DNA of 32,000 bases from Candidatus Saccharimonadota bacterium. Lineage in GTDB: Bacteria; Patescibacteriota; Gracilibacteria; BD1-5; UBA6164. Positions 1 through 10,599 of this stretch are shown piece by piece (the first letter of the stretch is position 1; the number at the start of each line of letters is the position of its first letter). The translations under genes and the position numbers were made by a program. The stretch covers positions 1,170,001-1,202,000 of the forward strand of contig OZ245768.1 of NCBI GenBank assembly GCA_965227835.1, in the 5' to 3' direction. Below the pieces are notes generated by a model. It made no database searches and was not told the DNA's origin. It saw only the letters and a list, made by a program, of their open reading frames with translations.

Positions 1-99
1 TATTTTCACTTTATCAGAAATTTCTTTTAATATCTTGTCAACAACTTTCTTTTCTGGCTTTATGCTTGTGTTTTTTATGAATAAATTGTATCTAAACAT
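1..99 (-). CDS. 5' end of a hypothetical protein (continues beyond window start)
   Basis: ATG at 99-97 (minus) opens MFRYNLFIKNTSIKPEKKVVDKILKEISDKVKI with no stop down to position 1. No family recognised. Confidence 0.4.
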   Translation of the reverse strand, partial: MFRYNLFIKNTSIKPEKKVVDKILKEISDKVKI

Positions 100-142
100 C
101 TTATAATTTTTAGTAAAAAATTACCAAAAATTATACAAATAC

Positions 143-170
143 TTGAAAATTATACAAAAATAAATAGAAT
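143..170 (+). promoter_or_regulatory. sigma70-like promoter candidate (TTGAAA, 16 nt, TAGAAT)
   Basis: TTGAAA at 143-148 and TAGAAT at 165-170. It faces a roughly 250-nt unassigned region that ends at the hairpin at 399-427. Confidence 0.25.
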
Positions 171-398
171 AGTTTTCGTATAGGATCTATTTTAGAGGCT
201 GCATGCTTGGAATATTTTCTCTTACGGTAAATATAATTAAGAATCGCTTTACTACTTTCTATAGTAGGATCTTGTATGAGAATTAAGTTTTTCTGATGGA
301 TCGAAGGGTTCTTTAAATCTTTTGAATTTTAGGGAGTTACTAAATCTCTAAACTGACCTTGAAACGGATCTTGTATATTTGAATTTTATTTTATAAAA

Positions 399-427
399 AA
401 GCTAAATTTAAACGGTTTAGCTTTTTT
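399..427 (+). terminator. rho-independent terminator-like hairpin (A-run and T-run, possibly bidirectional)
   Basis: Stem AAGCTAAA (399-406) pairs with TTTAGCTT (416-423). It is preceded by an A-run and followed by a T-run. Confidence 0.5.
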
Positions 428-587
428 TATTACGAAAAAACTAATTGGGTTTATGGGAAAATATATAAAGTGTATTTTAGATTTAAAAAAGATTTTTTTA
501 GAAAAGTAACCCAAGAAAAATGAGCAACGAAAATTTGCAATTTTAGGGTTTTTTATATAATTATTTTTGCTTTTACAAAGCAAAAAA

Positions 588-674
588 GCCCAGGTGGTGA
601 AATTGGTATACACGGGGGACTCAAAATCCCCTGACCTTATGGTCGTAAGGGTTCAAGTCCCTTCCTGGGTACCA
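588..674 (+). tRNA. tRNA-Leu (anticodon CAA)
   Basis: 87-nt cloverleaf. Acceptor GCCCAGG/CCTGGGT; anticodon stem GGGGA/TCCCC with loop CTCAAAA (anticodon CAA). Long variable arm GACC-TTAT-GGTC, T arm AAGGG-TTCAAGT-CCCTT, encoded CCA. Confidence 0.9.
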
Positions 675-690
675 AAGTAAAAATTCAAAA

Positions 691-717
691 AATAGCACTT
701 AAAAAGTGCTATTTTTT
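691..717 (+). terminator. rho-independent terminator after tRNA-Leu
   Basis: 10-bp stem AATAGCACTT (691-700) / AAGTGCTATT (704-713) followed by a T-run. Confidence 0.7.
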
Positions 718-853
718 ATATAATTATATAAAACGGAATATTTCTATAAAATACAATTTAGAATAAATTTAAACATGAAAATAATATGTAATTTTCAAAA
801 AAGATGTTAAAACTTGAAAGGCAAACTTAAAAATTCTTTATTTAAAAATATGT

Positions 854-2260
854 CTAAGCAGTGTACCTTGGCCTATAATGAACCTCCAATTTATCTGGAT
901 CATTTAATATACGATCAACTTCAAGAGAAGATTTTTTAAAACTGTATTGTAAATAATCAGCAATAATAATACGGGTATTTTGCTTAAAAATTGGGCTATT
1001 CCTACTAATTTTACCTGCTTGATTAAAACTAGAACATGGATTTCCAAATTGATCTTCTAAATTAAGGTTAGAATATTTATTATTTATATTTCCATCTAAA
1101 ATTAAGTCTGGTTCACTAAACTGATACTCACGAATACAATATTGTACAAATATCAATTGTTCTCTTGTTAAATCATCTTTACTCAATTGATCTAAAATAT
1201 CAGAATATGGTTTTCATTCAGATATCATAACAAAGGCTCAAGATAAAATATTTCTTTGTTTCTCTTCGCTAGTAATATTTTCTGAATAACTATGTTCTAA
1301 ATCGGAAAATCTTATATAATTGGTATCTGATTCATTATACCCTAACCCAGGTTTTTCTCAATTAATATTATCTAATCTATATATTTTAGGAGATTTAGAA
1401 TAACCTTGGCTTTCTATTTTATTACTATTATTTCTATCCATTACATTATCTTTAGTTTTAGATTTTGAAGAAGAACCAATAAAAGGAATTAATCAGATAA
1501 GCCCTCTAAAATTTATTGAAGAAAAAAAAGATAAACTTTTTTCTTCTAATTCATTTTCGTCAGCTACCAAAGGCTTTATTCTTGAACGATGAAAAGCTTC
1601 TATTAAGTCAGATTTCAAACAATAAATACGAATAATCTTTGATGAATCAAGTTTTGAAGGTCTTTCTTTATACCACCTACCTTTTATTTCATCCCAAAAA
1701 ATACCCTGAGTTTTCATCCTTGCATGAATTCTAGGACTCCATTCTCTTTTTAAATTGAGTTGATTTATTCAAGATAAGTGATTATCATTAGAATGTTGAT
1801 TTTGAGAATCTAAAGCTTCATTAATTTCGTTAGTTTCATTAGTTTCTTCAGATTTTAATTCATCTGGAGTAATAATATCTTTAGGGAAAATTCATTCAAA
1901 TGGTTTTCTAGCTTCTTCTATTGCATTTCTAGGTTCATCAAGTTGGTTAAAAAGATCTGCCAAATATTTTGAATATTCAGGTCTTGGATCTTTTTGACTA
2001 AAATTTGGGGAAAAATCAAAAGAATCCATTGGGGGGTTCGACGAAAGTCATTCAGAATAATATTGATTTGATGGAGTTTCTGGAGTTTTTCAAGCTCTAG
2101 AAGAATTTGAAATTGCCCTTGCTTCTTCTGCTGTTATAATTCATTTCTCTTCCAATTCATCAACATATGAAGGTGTAGGATGAAAATTAAGGAATTTACT
2201 TCTAGATGTATCATAAACTTCTCAATTAAAATTAAATCAAGAATCATTTTTTCAATTCAT
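854..2260 (-). CDS. hypothetical protein, 468 aa, no recognisable domain
   Basis: Continuous frame under table 25 (1407 nt). It joins track ORFs 854-1186 and 1493-1717 through in-frame TGA codons. ATG at 2260, TAG at 854-856, and an in-frame TAA 24 nt upstream of the ATG. Confidence 0.75.
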
Positions 2261-2514
2261 TTTATAAAAAGTTAAAAAATATTTTTATATATAGTTTAAA
2301 AATTTTATCAATAAAGTCAAGTTTTTCGTGTGATTTTTTCAAAAAAGCATAATTTTAAAATTTAAAAATAGATTATTTTTAAATTTTTCTATTAAATTAA
2401 GAAATGATTTTAATTAAAATTAATATAAAAAACAAACAAACTTTTTAATAAATTAAAGCTTATATATAATATTATTATGTTTCATCTTTATTAAATATAA
2501 AAAAAAACATTTAA

Positions 2515-3228
2515 ATGTTTGAACTACTAAAAAACATAATTGCCCCTAAAAAGTGTTATTCTTGTTGTAAAGAGTGATTTTTTCTGTGCAATTCTTGCTT
2601 TGAGGAAATAGAGAAAAAAAATCCCTTTGATGAAATATGCTATGTTTGCAAAAAATATTCCAAAGATTTTGAAATACACAATAAATGTAAAAAAGAGATT
2701 TTTTATGACAAAACAATTATAGCTTCTCATTACAAAGAAAATCTAATAAAAAGACTAATAAAAGATTATAAATTTTATTGAAGAAAAGATATATTAAATG
2801 ATTTTTGAGAAATTTTGGTAGAAAAAATTATAAAATACATGAAAGAAGAACTTCAAAGTTTTAGAAAAAAAGATTTTCTAGTAGTTTGTCCACCAATGGA
2901 TTTTTTTAAGAAGATAAAAAGATGATACAATCATTCTGAACTTTTGGCTATATTTATATCAAAGTATTTTTGATTTAGGTTTGAAAAAAATCTAGTTTTA
3001 AAAACTAGAAAAACTAGACAGCAATCAAAATTAAGTAGACAAAAAAGAATTTTAAACTTAGAAAAAGCCTTTAAAATAAACGATAAAAAAGTAGACATTG
3101 TAGACAATAAGATAGTTTTAATAATTGATGATGTAGTTTCTACAGGTTCTACAGTCAATGAAATCTCAAGAGTTTTGAAAAAATCAAAAGCAAAAAAAGT
3201 AATAGTTATATCAATTGCTTCTGATTAA
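2515..3228 (+). CDS. comF: ComF-family protein (phosphoribosyltransferase-like competence protein)
   Basis: N-terminal Cys-rich motif KKCYSCCKEGFFLCNSCFEEI and C-terminal PRTase motif VLIIDDVVSTGSTVNEI. Several in-frame TGA. 714 nt, TAA stop. Confidence 0.85.
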
Positions 3229-3357
3229 AAAATTAAAAAAAATTTAAGCTAGAATCTAAAATGAGTTACATAAATTAATATTATTTTTTGCGAAGAATGA
3301 AAAATGACAATAACATAAGTTTGAACCTCTAATAATATTCAATATAGAAATTTCAAA

Positions 3358-4068
3358 TTAAATTCACATTCAGTTTTTTTCTAAAATTTTTAACAATTCA
3401 TCTAGTTCTTTTTTAGAAAGTTTTTTATATTCTCAATATTTCAAATTTCAAATTTTTATATTTTCAATTCTTACTCTTTTTAATCTCTTGACATCAAATC
3501 ATAGTTTTTTAACCATTCTTCTTATTTGTCTATTTCTTCATTCTTTTAATATTATACTAAATTTTCACGAAGATATTCTTTTTACTTCAGCTTTTTTTGT
3601 TTTGGATCACAATATAAACAATCACTTTCTCATAGAATCTAGAGAAAAATCATCTATAGGACCAAAAGTTTGCACCACATACTCTTTTTCATGTTCATAT
3701 TTAGGATGCATTAAATAATTTGCTAACCTTCAATCATTAGTAAGAATTATTAAACCTGATGTTTCTTTATCAAGTCTTCATATAGGAAAAACTCTCTGTT
3801 TTATGTCCACTATGTCTATAATATTTTTTTCACCATACTGGGCACAGGTGGTAATTATACCTCTAGGTTTGTTTATTTTATAGTAAACAAGATTTTTATT
3901 ATCTTCTAAAACTTTGTCTACTATCTCTATTTTGTCTACTTTACTGTCTACTATTTGTCATATATGAGCAATTTCTCAATTAACTTTTAATAAGCCCTTT
4001 TTTACATATTCTTCAGCTTTTCTTCTAGAACATATTCAAACTTGGCTCATGTATTTTTGAATTTTCAT
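3358..4068 (-). CDS. RsuA/RluB-family pseudouridine synthase with S4 domain
   Basis: MKIQKYMSQVGICSRRKAEEYVKKGLLKVNG (S4-like) and catalytic motif PIGRLDKETSGLIILTNDG. Many TGA at Gly positions. 711 nt. Confidence 0.85.
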
Positions 4069-4141
4069 AAAATTGACTATTTGTAATAATTTAATAAAAT
4101 AATAAAGATTTTTTTAGTTTTTCAAATAAAAGGAGTATTTA

Positions 4142-4246
4142 ATGTTTAAAAAAATCTCAAAAATTGTGCTTTATTTAGTTGCAAGTGCTATGTTACTAAC
4201 AGCTGGAATGTATTCTTTTTATTGGTTTGCAACACTATCATTTTAG
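4142..4246 (+). CDS. small hydrophobic protein, 34 aa
   Basis: AAAGGAG Shine-Dalgarno 7 nt upstream of the ATG. MFKKISKIVLYLVASAMLLTAGMYSFYWFATLSF has one predicted TM helix. TAG stop. Confidence 0.5.
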   Translation: MFKKISKIVLYLVASAMLLTAGMYSFYWFATLSF

Positions 4247-4304
4247 TATTTACTAGAGAAGCAGACTTAGTAAAAGAAAAATTCTTTTATAAAAGGAGGT
4301 TTTT

Positions 4305-4652
4305 ATGTATAAAATTACAAAAATAAATCTTATTTATTTAAGTATAATTTTATCACTATTTTTAGTTATTGCATTTATTGTATATTTAATATTTATGGCA
4401 ATTTTGCCAGATATAAACGAAACAACAATGAATACAATAGATAATTTTGTGTTAAACCTTCAACTTATTCTTTTATCAATTGGACTTGCGAGTCTTTTAG
4501 TTGGGATAATAGATTTGTATATTATTAACCCAAGATTAGATAAAATTGATTCTAATTATAAGTGAAAAGGTATTAAAGTATGTAGGTTTAAAAACCTACA
4601 TACTTTTTTAAAGCTAGTTTGAGAAGTTAAAAAAAGATTATTTTTTATATAA
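4305..4652 (+). CDS. small membrane protein (86 aa to the first TGA, 115 aa if TGA is Gly)
   Basis: AAAGGAGG Shine-Dalgarno upstream and two hydrophobic helices. The frame reaches TGA at 4563-4565. Under table 25 it continues to TAA at 4650-4652, running through the hairpin at 4575-4609. Confidence 0.55.
4575..4609 (+). terminator. strong terminator-like hairpin between convergent genes
   Basis: Stem GTATGTAGGT (4578-4587) / ACCTACATAC (4594-4603), flanked by AAA and a T-run. Confidence 0.6.
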
Positions 4653-4669
4653 AATGTTAATTTCTAAAA

Positions 4670-5557
4670 CTATCCTTGGTACACTATTTTTACCTCATTT
4701 ACAAGATCAATTCAAAACTTTTCTTTAACTTTAGCTTTTGCTAAATCTATTAATTCAAGCAAATCTTTATATGTTGCATTTCAATCATTCATCAAAAAAT
4801 TTGCATGTTTTTCAGAAAAATAGGCTCATCATATTCTATATCATTTAAGTCATGCCTGTTCTATCAAATATCATGCAGGTTGTTTGCTGTTTGGATTTTT
4901 AAAAAAGCTTCAAGCATTTAATCACTTTGGTTGCTTATTTTCTCTAAAATCTATGTTGTCTACATCACTTTTGTATTTTTCTACTTTTTTTGATAAATCA
5001 AAACTTGCTTTAATCAAAAAATATCTTCATTGATTTTGCTTTAAAAAAGAGTTTCTATAGGAAAAGTTTATATCTATTTTAGACATAGTAGACAATTGTC
5101 CACTATTTGTGTCTACAACTTCTGCTTGTAAAAAATTATTTTCTATTTCTAAACCAAAACATCAAGCATTTCAGTAAACAGCTCATCAAATACTTCCAGG
5201 AAGTCATATAAATCTATGCCATAGATTTTGTCAAAAAGAATTTTCTAAAGTTTCTGCAATATTTGATATATTTTCATTGGAATACGATTCCAATATTTTT
5301 GTTTCCTTGTCATAAGTCCATCAAAGCAAATTGTTCTTAATTATAATTCAATTAAAAATATCAAAAGCAAAAAGCAAATTAGTTCATCATCAAATAAAAA
5401 AAGTTTTCAATTTATTGTCTTTAGCAAATACAATAATTTCCTTCAAATTACTTAAATCTTTTTCATCTGTTATCTCAAAATAAAATTTGCTCTCTGCCTT
5501 TGTTTTAAAATTAGAAAATTTTGTAATATCTTTATTTTTTTCCAAAAAATCTAGCAT
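4670..5557 (-). CDS. murB: UDP-N-acetylenolpyruvoylglucosamine reductase
   Basis: FIGGGTNLLF (the three Gly are TGA TGA TGA), [56 protein letters not shown]. 888 nt. Confidence 0.95.
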
Positions 5558-5698
5558 AATTATTTGTTTTTATTGATATTTGCATTGTATTTATTAAACT
5601 AAAAATATTTAATCAGAATTTTTTCTATATTTATTTTTTATTGCTAATTAAAAATAGAATTATAATTTCTAAAATCTATTATAACAAATAAAAAAATA

Positions 5699-8602
5699 TT
5701 ATAAATTCTGCTTTTCTAAATATCTTTTTATAGCATCAGCAGTATATGATTTTTTACAACTTTTTACCTCTTCTATACTTCAGCTAGCAACTAAATTTCA
5801 TCATTTATCTCAACCTTCCAATCATATATCTATTATATAATCTGCATTTATTATTACATCCATATTATGCTCTATGACTAAAACAGAATTTCCTTTGTCT
5901 ACTAAAGAGTGTAGAATTGTCAAAAGTCTGTCTACGTCTTGAAAATGTAGTCCTGTAGTAGGCTCATCTAGTATATAGAATGTTTTTCAAGTAGACTTTT
6001 TAGACAACTCAGTAGACAGTTTTATTCTTTGAGATTCTCATCAAGAAAGAGTTGTCGAACTTTGTCATAGTTTGATATATCATAATCATACATCTACTAT
6101 AGTTTTTAATATTTTATTTATTTTACTATGATTAACAAAAAAAGATTGTGCCTCTATTGCGGTCATATTTAAAATATCAGATATATTTTTTCATTTATAT
6201 TTTACCTGAAGTGTATCTCTATTATATCTAGTTCAAGAACAGGATTCACATTCTACGTATATAGGTGGTAAAAAATGCATTTCTACCTTTTTTACTCAAT
6301 CTCAATCACAATTCTCACATCTTCAAGCTTTAGTATTAAAAGAGAATTGTCATGCAGAATATCATCTAAGTTGAGATTCTTCTACCATTGAAAATACCTC
6401 TCTTATAGGGGTAAAGACTCCAGTATAAGTAGCAGGATTACTTCTAGGAGTTTTTCATATAGGTGATTGATCTATAATTACAACCTTATCTAAATTCTCT
6501 AATCACATTATTTTGTCTACATGTCCATTTACCCTCTTGGCTCAATTAAGGTTATTTGCTAAATAGTTAGACAAAATATCATTCACAAGTGACGACTTTC
6601 AAGATCAAGAAACTCAAGTAACAACAACTAAGTTAGAAAGGGGAATATCAACATTTATATTTTTAAGATTATTTTGTTTAGCTCAAAAAATTTTCAGAAG
6701 TTTATTTTCTTTTTTCAAATCATTATATTTTGGTCTTTTATCCCTTTTTATAATAACTTTCCTTGAACTATCTAAGTATTTTCAAGTAACTGAATTCTTA
6801 TCTGAGATAATATCATTCAAACTACCTTCAGAAATTATATTTCATCATCATATTCATGCTTCTGGTCATATGTCTATTATATGATCTGATTCTCTCATAA
6901 TATCTTCATCATGCTCTACTATTATTAATGTATTTCATATATCTCTAAGTTTCTTCAAATTATTTATAAGCATATAGTTATCTCTAGGGTGTAATCATAT
7001 GCTAGGTTCATCCAAAACATAAATTATTCATTCAAGTTTAGTTCATATTTGAGTTGCAAGCCTTATTCTTTGAGCTTCTCATCAAGATAGGGTTCAAGAT
7101 CTTCTGGATATTGTCATATAGTCAAGTCAAACTCATTTTAGAAAATCTAGTCTATCAAGAGTATTTTTTAAAACTTTTTTTGTGATTTTTTGCTGAGATT
7201 TAGTTAATTCCAAAGTAGACAAAAAATCTATTGCTTTGTCTACTGGTTTATCTGATAGTTGTCAAATATTTAAATCTTTTATATAGACAGATAAACTTTC
7301 TTGTTTCAGCCTGTGTCAAAAACAATTTCAACATTCCATATCTACTACAAAATCATCATAATGTCATTTTTCTGCTCATCAATCAAAATATCTTCTTTTC
7401 AATGTATTTATAACTCATTCAAATTTAGAATTATATGTATTTGATTGTCAGAATTCGTTTCTAAAATTAACTCTATAAACTTTGTCTCAGGTTCAAAACA
7501 ATACTATATCTTTTTCTTTTTGAGAAAGAAGCTCCCAATTTTTATTAAGATCTATTGGTTTATGTTTAGATACTTCCTTCAAAATAGAAAAAAAATAATC
7601 TCATCAAAATCAAGGAGCTATAACAGCTCACTCCAACAAAGTATGATTTTTATTTATAATATTTTCTTCTAAAAAAACTTTTTTTACACCTAATCAATGA
7701 CAATCTGGACAAGCTCCAGAGTGGCTATTGAAAGTAAAACTTGAAATTGTTAGCTCTTCTGGTGTATGTCAACAATTTCAACAAACAAAAATATTAGAAA
7801 AGTTTTTTTCCTGTCAATTATTGTCATCTACTAATTTTATACAAAGCTTTCATTTTCATACTTTAAAAGCTAGGTTTAAGGAATCTTTTAGCCTTTTAGT
7901 TTCAGAAGAATGAGAATCAGAGTAGTCATTCACGACAAGCCTGTCTATAATTATGTCTACATTAAAAGTAGAAAAATTATTTAATTCATCAATAAAGCCA
8001 TCATTTACACTAAATAAAAATCAATTTATAGAAAACCTTATAAATCAAAGAGACAAAATCTCACTTTTTATTTTCTCAAAAATATCTTTTTTAAATGTAT
8101 TTTTGTAGTCTTTCGTTTTTACAAAATTTAAAATTAAAGGTGATTTTATCATAAATTTTGTATTTTTTTCTATTGTAGACAAATATTCTATTATATCACT
8201 AACAGAATCTTTTTTTACTTCACATCCACATTTAATACACTTTCTTTTTCATATGTTTAGAAATAAAAGCTTATAATAATCATATATTTCAGTTATAGTT
8301 CAAACAGTTGATCTAGGATTTTTATTAACTGTTTTTTGATCAATTGATATAGTTGGAGAAAGTCATTTTATTTCATCTACTACTGCCTCTTCTTTCATTC
8401 ATCATATAAACATTCTAGCATAACTACTTAAACTTTCTAAATATTTTTGCTGTCAAACAGAATATATAGTGTTAAATGCAAGTGAAGATTTTCAAGAGCC
8501 AGAAACACCTGTTATGACAGTCATTTTGTTTTTAGGTATTTTTACATTAATATTTTTTAAATTATGTGTTTTTGCTCAATATACTTCTAAAAAATCTGAC
8601 AT
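5699..8602 (-). CDS. uvrA: excinuclease ABC subunit A
   Basis: N-terminus [48 protein letters not shown]-terminus [16 protein letters not shown]...[11 protein letters not shown]...DIGLEGGDKGG. 2904 nt in one frame under table 25. Confidence 0.95.
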
Positions 8603-8731
8603 AACTATTTATTGTAAAATAAATTAATATTTGATTATAACAAAATTTATATTTATTCAAAAAGGACTTTTTAATTGATTTTTTTTAATTTTTTATTATT
8701 AAATATATATTAATTTTTAATATAATAATTT

Positions 8732-9601
8732 ATGAATAAAAAACTATTTACGATTCTGTTCTTGTTTTCTTTAGTTTTTACAAACTTCAACTTGCAAAAT
8801 ACTTTTGCTATTACAAAATATAATGCATGAGAGGCTTCAAAAAGTAGCTCTGTTTATATATGATTAACCGAAGATGAGGCTAAATCTAAAGCAAGGGAAA
8901 TTTGAGATATTTTTAGGGTAATAAAAAGGGACGGAGAAGACTTACTAGTAACAATGGATTTCAGACCTTGAAGAATAAATGCAATAATAGAAGATGATGT
9001 AGTTGTATCTGTTAAAATTGAATGAAAAAGCTTAGAAGGTAATTATGATATTGAAGAAGTTAAATGAAACAGAGAAGAAAGTTTTTCTACTGGAGAATAT
9101 GGCAAATGACAAAATTCAAGTAATATGTGAAGGGTAGGAATACTTAGTAGTGCTTACATAGGATTAACCGAAGATGAGGCTAAATCTAAAGCAAGGGAAA
9201 ATTGAGATATTTTTAGAGTAATAAAAAGGGACGGAGAAGACTTATTAGTAACAATGGATTTCAGACCTTGAAGAATAAATGCCGTAGTAAAAGATAGTTT
9301 AGTTATATCTATTAGTAGAGAGTGACAAAATTTAGAAAATAGTGCTAGAGCAAATTTTGTAGAGTCAAACAAGGAATCAATATCAAGAAATAAGGGTAAA
9401 TTCCAGAAAAAAATATGAAATAGATTAGAAAAAGTTTCTACTGATAAACTTGGAGAACTTCATTTAAAAATAGAAAAACTTATAGAAGATACATTTGAAA
9501 ATTCAGAAATTACCGAGGAAAGAAAAAATTCTATGTTATCTCAATTTGAAGCATTAAGAGAAATAGTAGAAAATGAGATATACAAAAGAGGTATTGAATA
9601 G
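8732..9601 (+). CDS. secreted protein with two tandem peptidase-inhibitor-I78-like domains
   Basis: Signal-peptide-like MNKKLFTILFLFSLVFTNF. It has two copies of GLTEDEAKSKARE.GDIFRVIKRDGEDLLVTMDFRPGRINA, matching the I78 pattern (..RVI.PG..VTMDYRPDRLN..). 870 nt. Confidence 0.75.
8862..9282 (+). repeat. intragenic direct repeat, two 121-bp copies exactly 300 bp apart
   Basis: 8862-8982 and 9162-9282 are near-identical; I saw three substitutions by eye. Confidence 0.9.
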
Positions 9602-9641
9602 TTTTAAAAGGATAAAATTTGGGGTTTCAACAAAATATAAA

Positions 9642-10559
9642 CTATAAATCTAAAATCTTTTTTACTAAATTAGAATCTTTTCTCCAGTTTCTCCTAACCT
9701 TAACTCTAATATGTAAAAAGATTTTTTTTTCAAAAATTCATTCTAAGTCAATTCTTGCTTTTTCTCATATGATTTTTATAATACTACCATTTTTTCAGAT
9801 TAATATCTGCTTTTGGGTATCTGTTTCAGTATATATATAAGAAACTATTTTTAGTAAATCTTCTCAAATTTTGGTTTTTTCTTCAGATAATTCCTCTACA
9901 TTCACATAGACGCAATGAGGAATTTCATCTTTTGTATTCAAAAAAATTTTCTCTCTTATATTTTCAGATATTCTAAAATACATATCTTGCTTAGTATATA
10001 AATCAGAGGAAAACAAAAAAGGTCAAAAAGGTAAACTTTTTTTTATTTCATTTATCAACTCACTAAAACCGTATTTTGTTTTTGAGCTAATCTTGAATAT
10101 ATTACTAGATTTTGAAAATTCTAGCTTAGGCTTTAGATCAGTCTTGGTATAAACCTTTAACAAAGGAATATTTACTTTTGATAATATATATTCTAGATTT
10201 TTTTCCTCTTCCCCATAATTCCTGGAAGAATCTATGAAATACAAAATTAAATCAGAATCTTCTAAAGATTTAACAGCTACATGATTTATATTTTGGTTTA
10301 TCTTTTTACTAGATTTATGTATTCAGGGAGTATCAAAAAATATTATTTGAGAATCTAGATCGTTATATATAGCTAAAATTTTATTTCTAGTAGTTTGAGG
10401 TATTTTTGAAACTATACTAACCTTTTCTCACAAAAGAGAGTTTAAAAAACTAGATTTTCATACATTTGGTCTCCCTACTATTGAAACATATCAAACTTTT
10501 CAGCTTTTATCCAGATCATCTGTACTTTTCAAAACATCTTTTAAATTTAATTCTTTCAT
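9642..10559 (-). CDS. era: GTPase Era
   Basis: G1 GRPNVGKSS (Gly is TGA at 10458-10460), DTPG, TKTD. KH domain [20 protein letters not shown], ends [14 protein letters not shown]. 918 nt. Confidence 0.95.
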
Positions 10560-10599
10560 TTATATTCAAATTTGTTTATCAAGAAATAAAGGTTTGTAA

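Noticed and set aside
386-613. Minus-strand track ORF 386-613 (75 aa).
   Set aside because: It overlaps the tRNA-Leu gene and the terminator hairpin. Its Phe/Lys/Ile-rich translation is typical of AT-rich non-coding DNA.
588-674. The tRNA contains ...ACTCAAAA..., raising the possibility of a UCA anticodon (the TGA-decoding tRNA).
   Set aside because: With the only consistent 5-bp anticodon stem (GGGGA/TCCCC) the 7-nt loop is CTCAAAA, which puts CAA at positions 34-36. The long variable arm fits tRNA-Leu, not tRNA-Gly.
7231-7913. Plus-strand track ORFs 7231-7413, 7445-7672 and 7728-7913, and similar ORFs at 16738-17014, 25768-26156 and 27771-29700.
   Set aside because: All are antisense to confidently identified minus-strand genes (uvrA, obg and tRNA-Arg, the IS110 left end, pilC, pilB) and have implausible low-complexity translations.
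8862-9282. The near-identical 121-bp repeat pair as a diversity-generating retroelement template/variable repeat pair.
   Set aside because: Both copies are inside one ORF. The few differences are not restricted to adenines. No reverse transcriptase is nearby.
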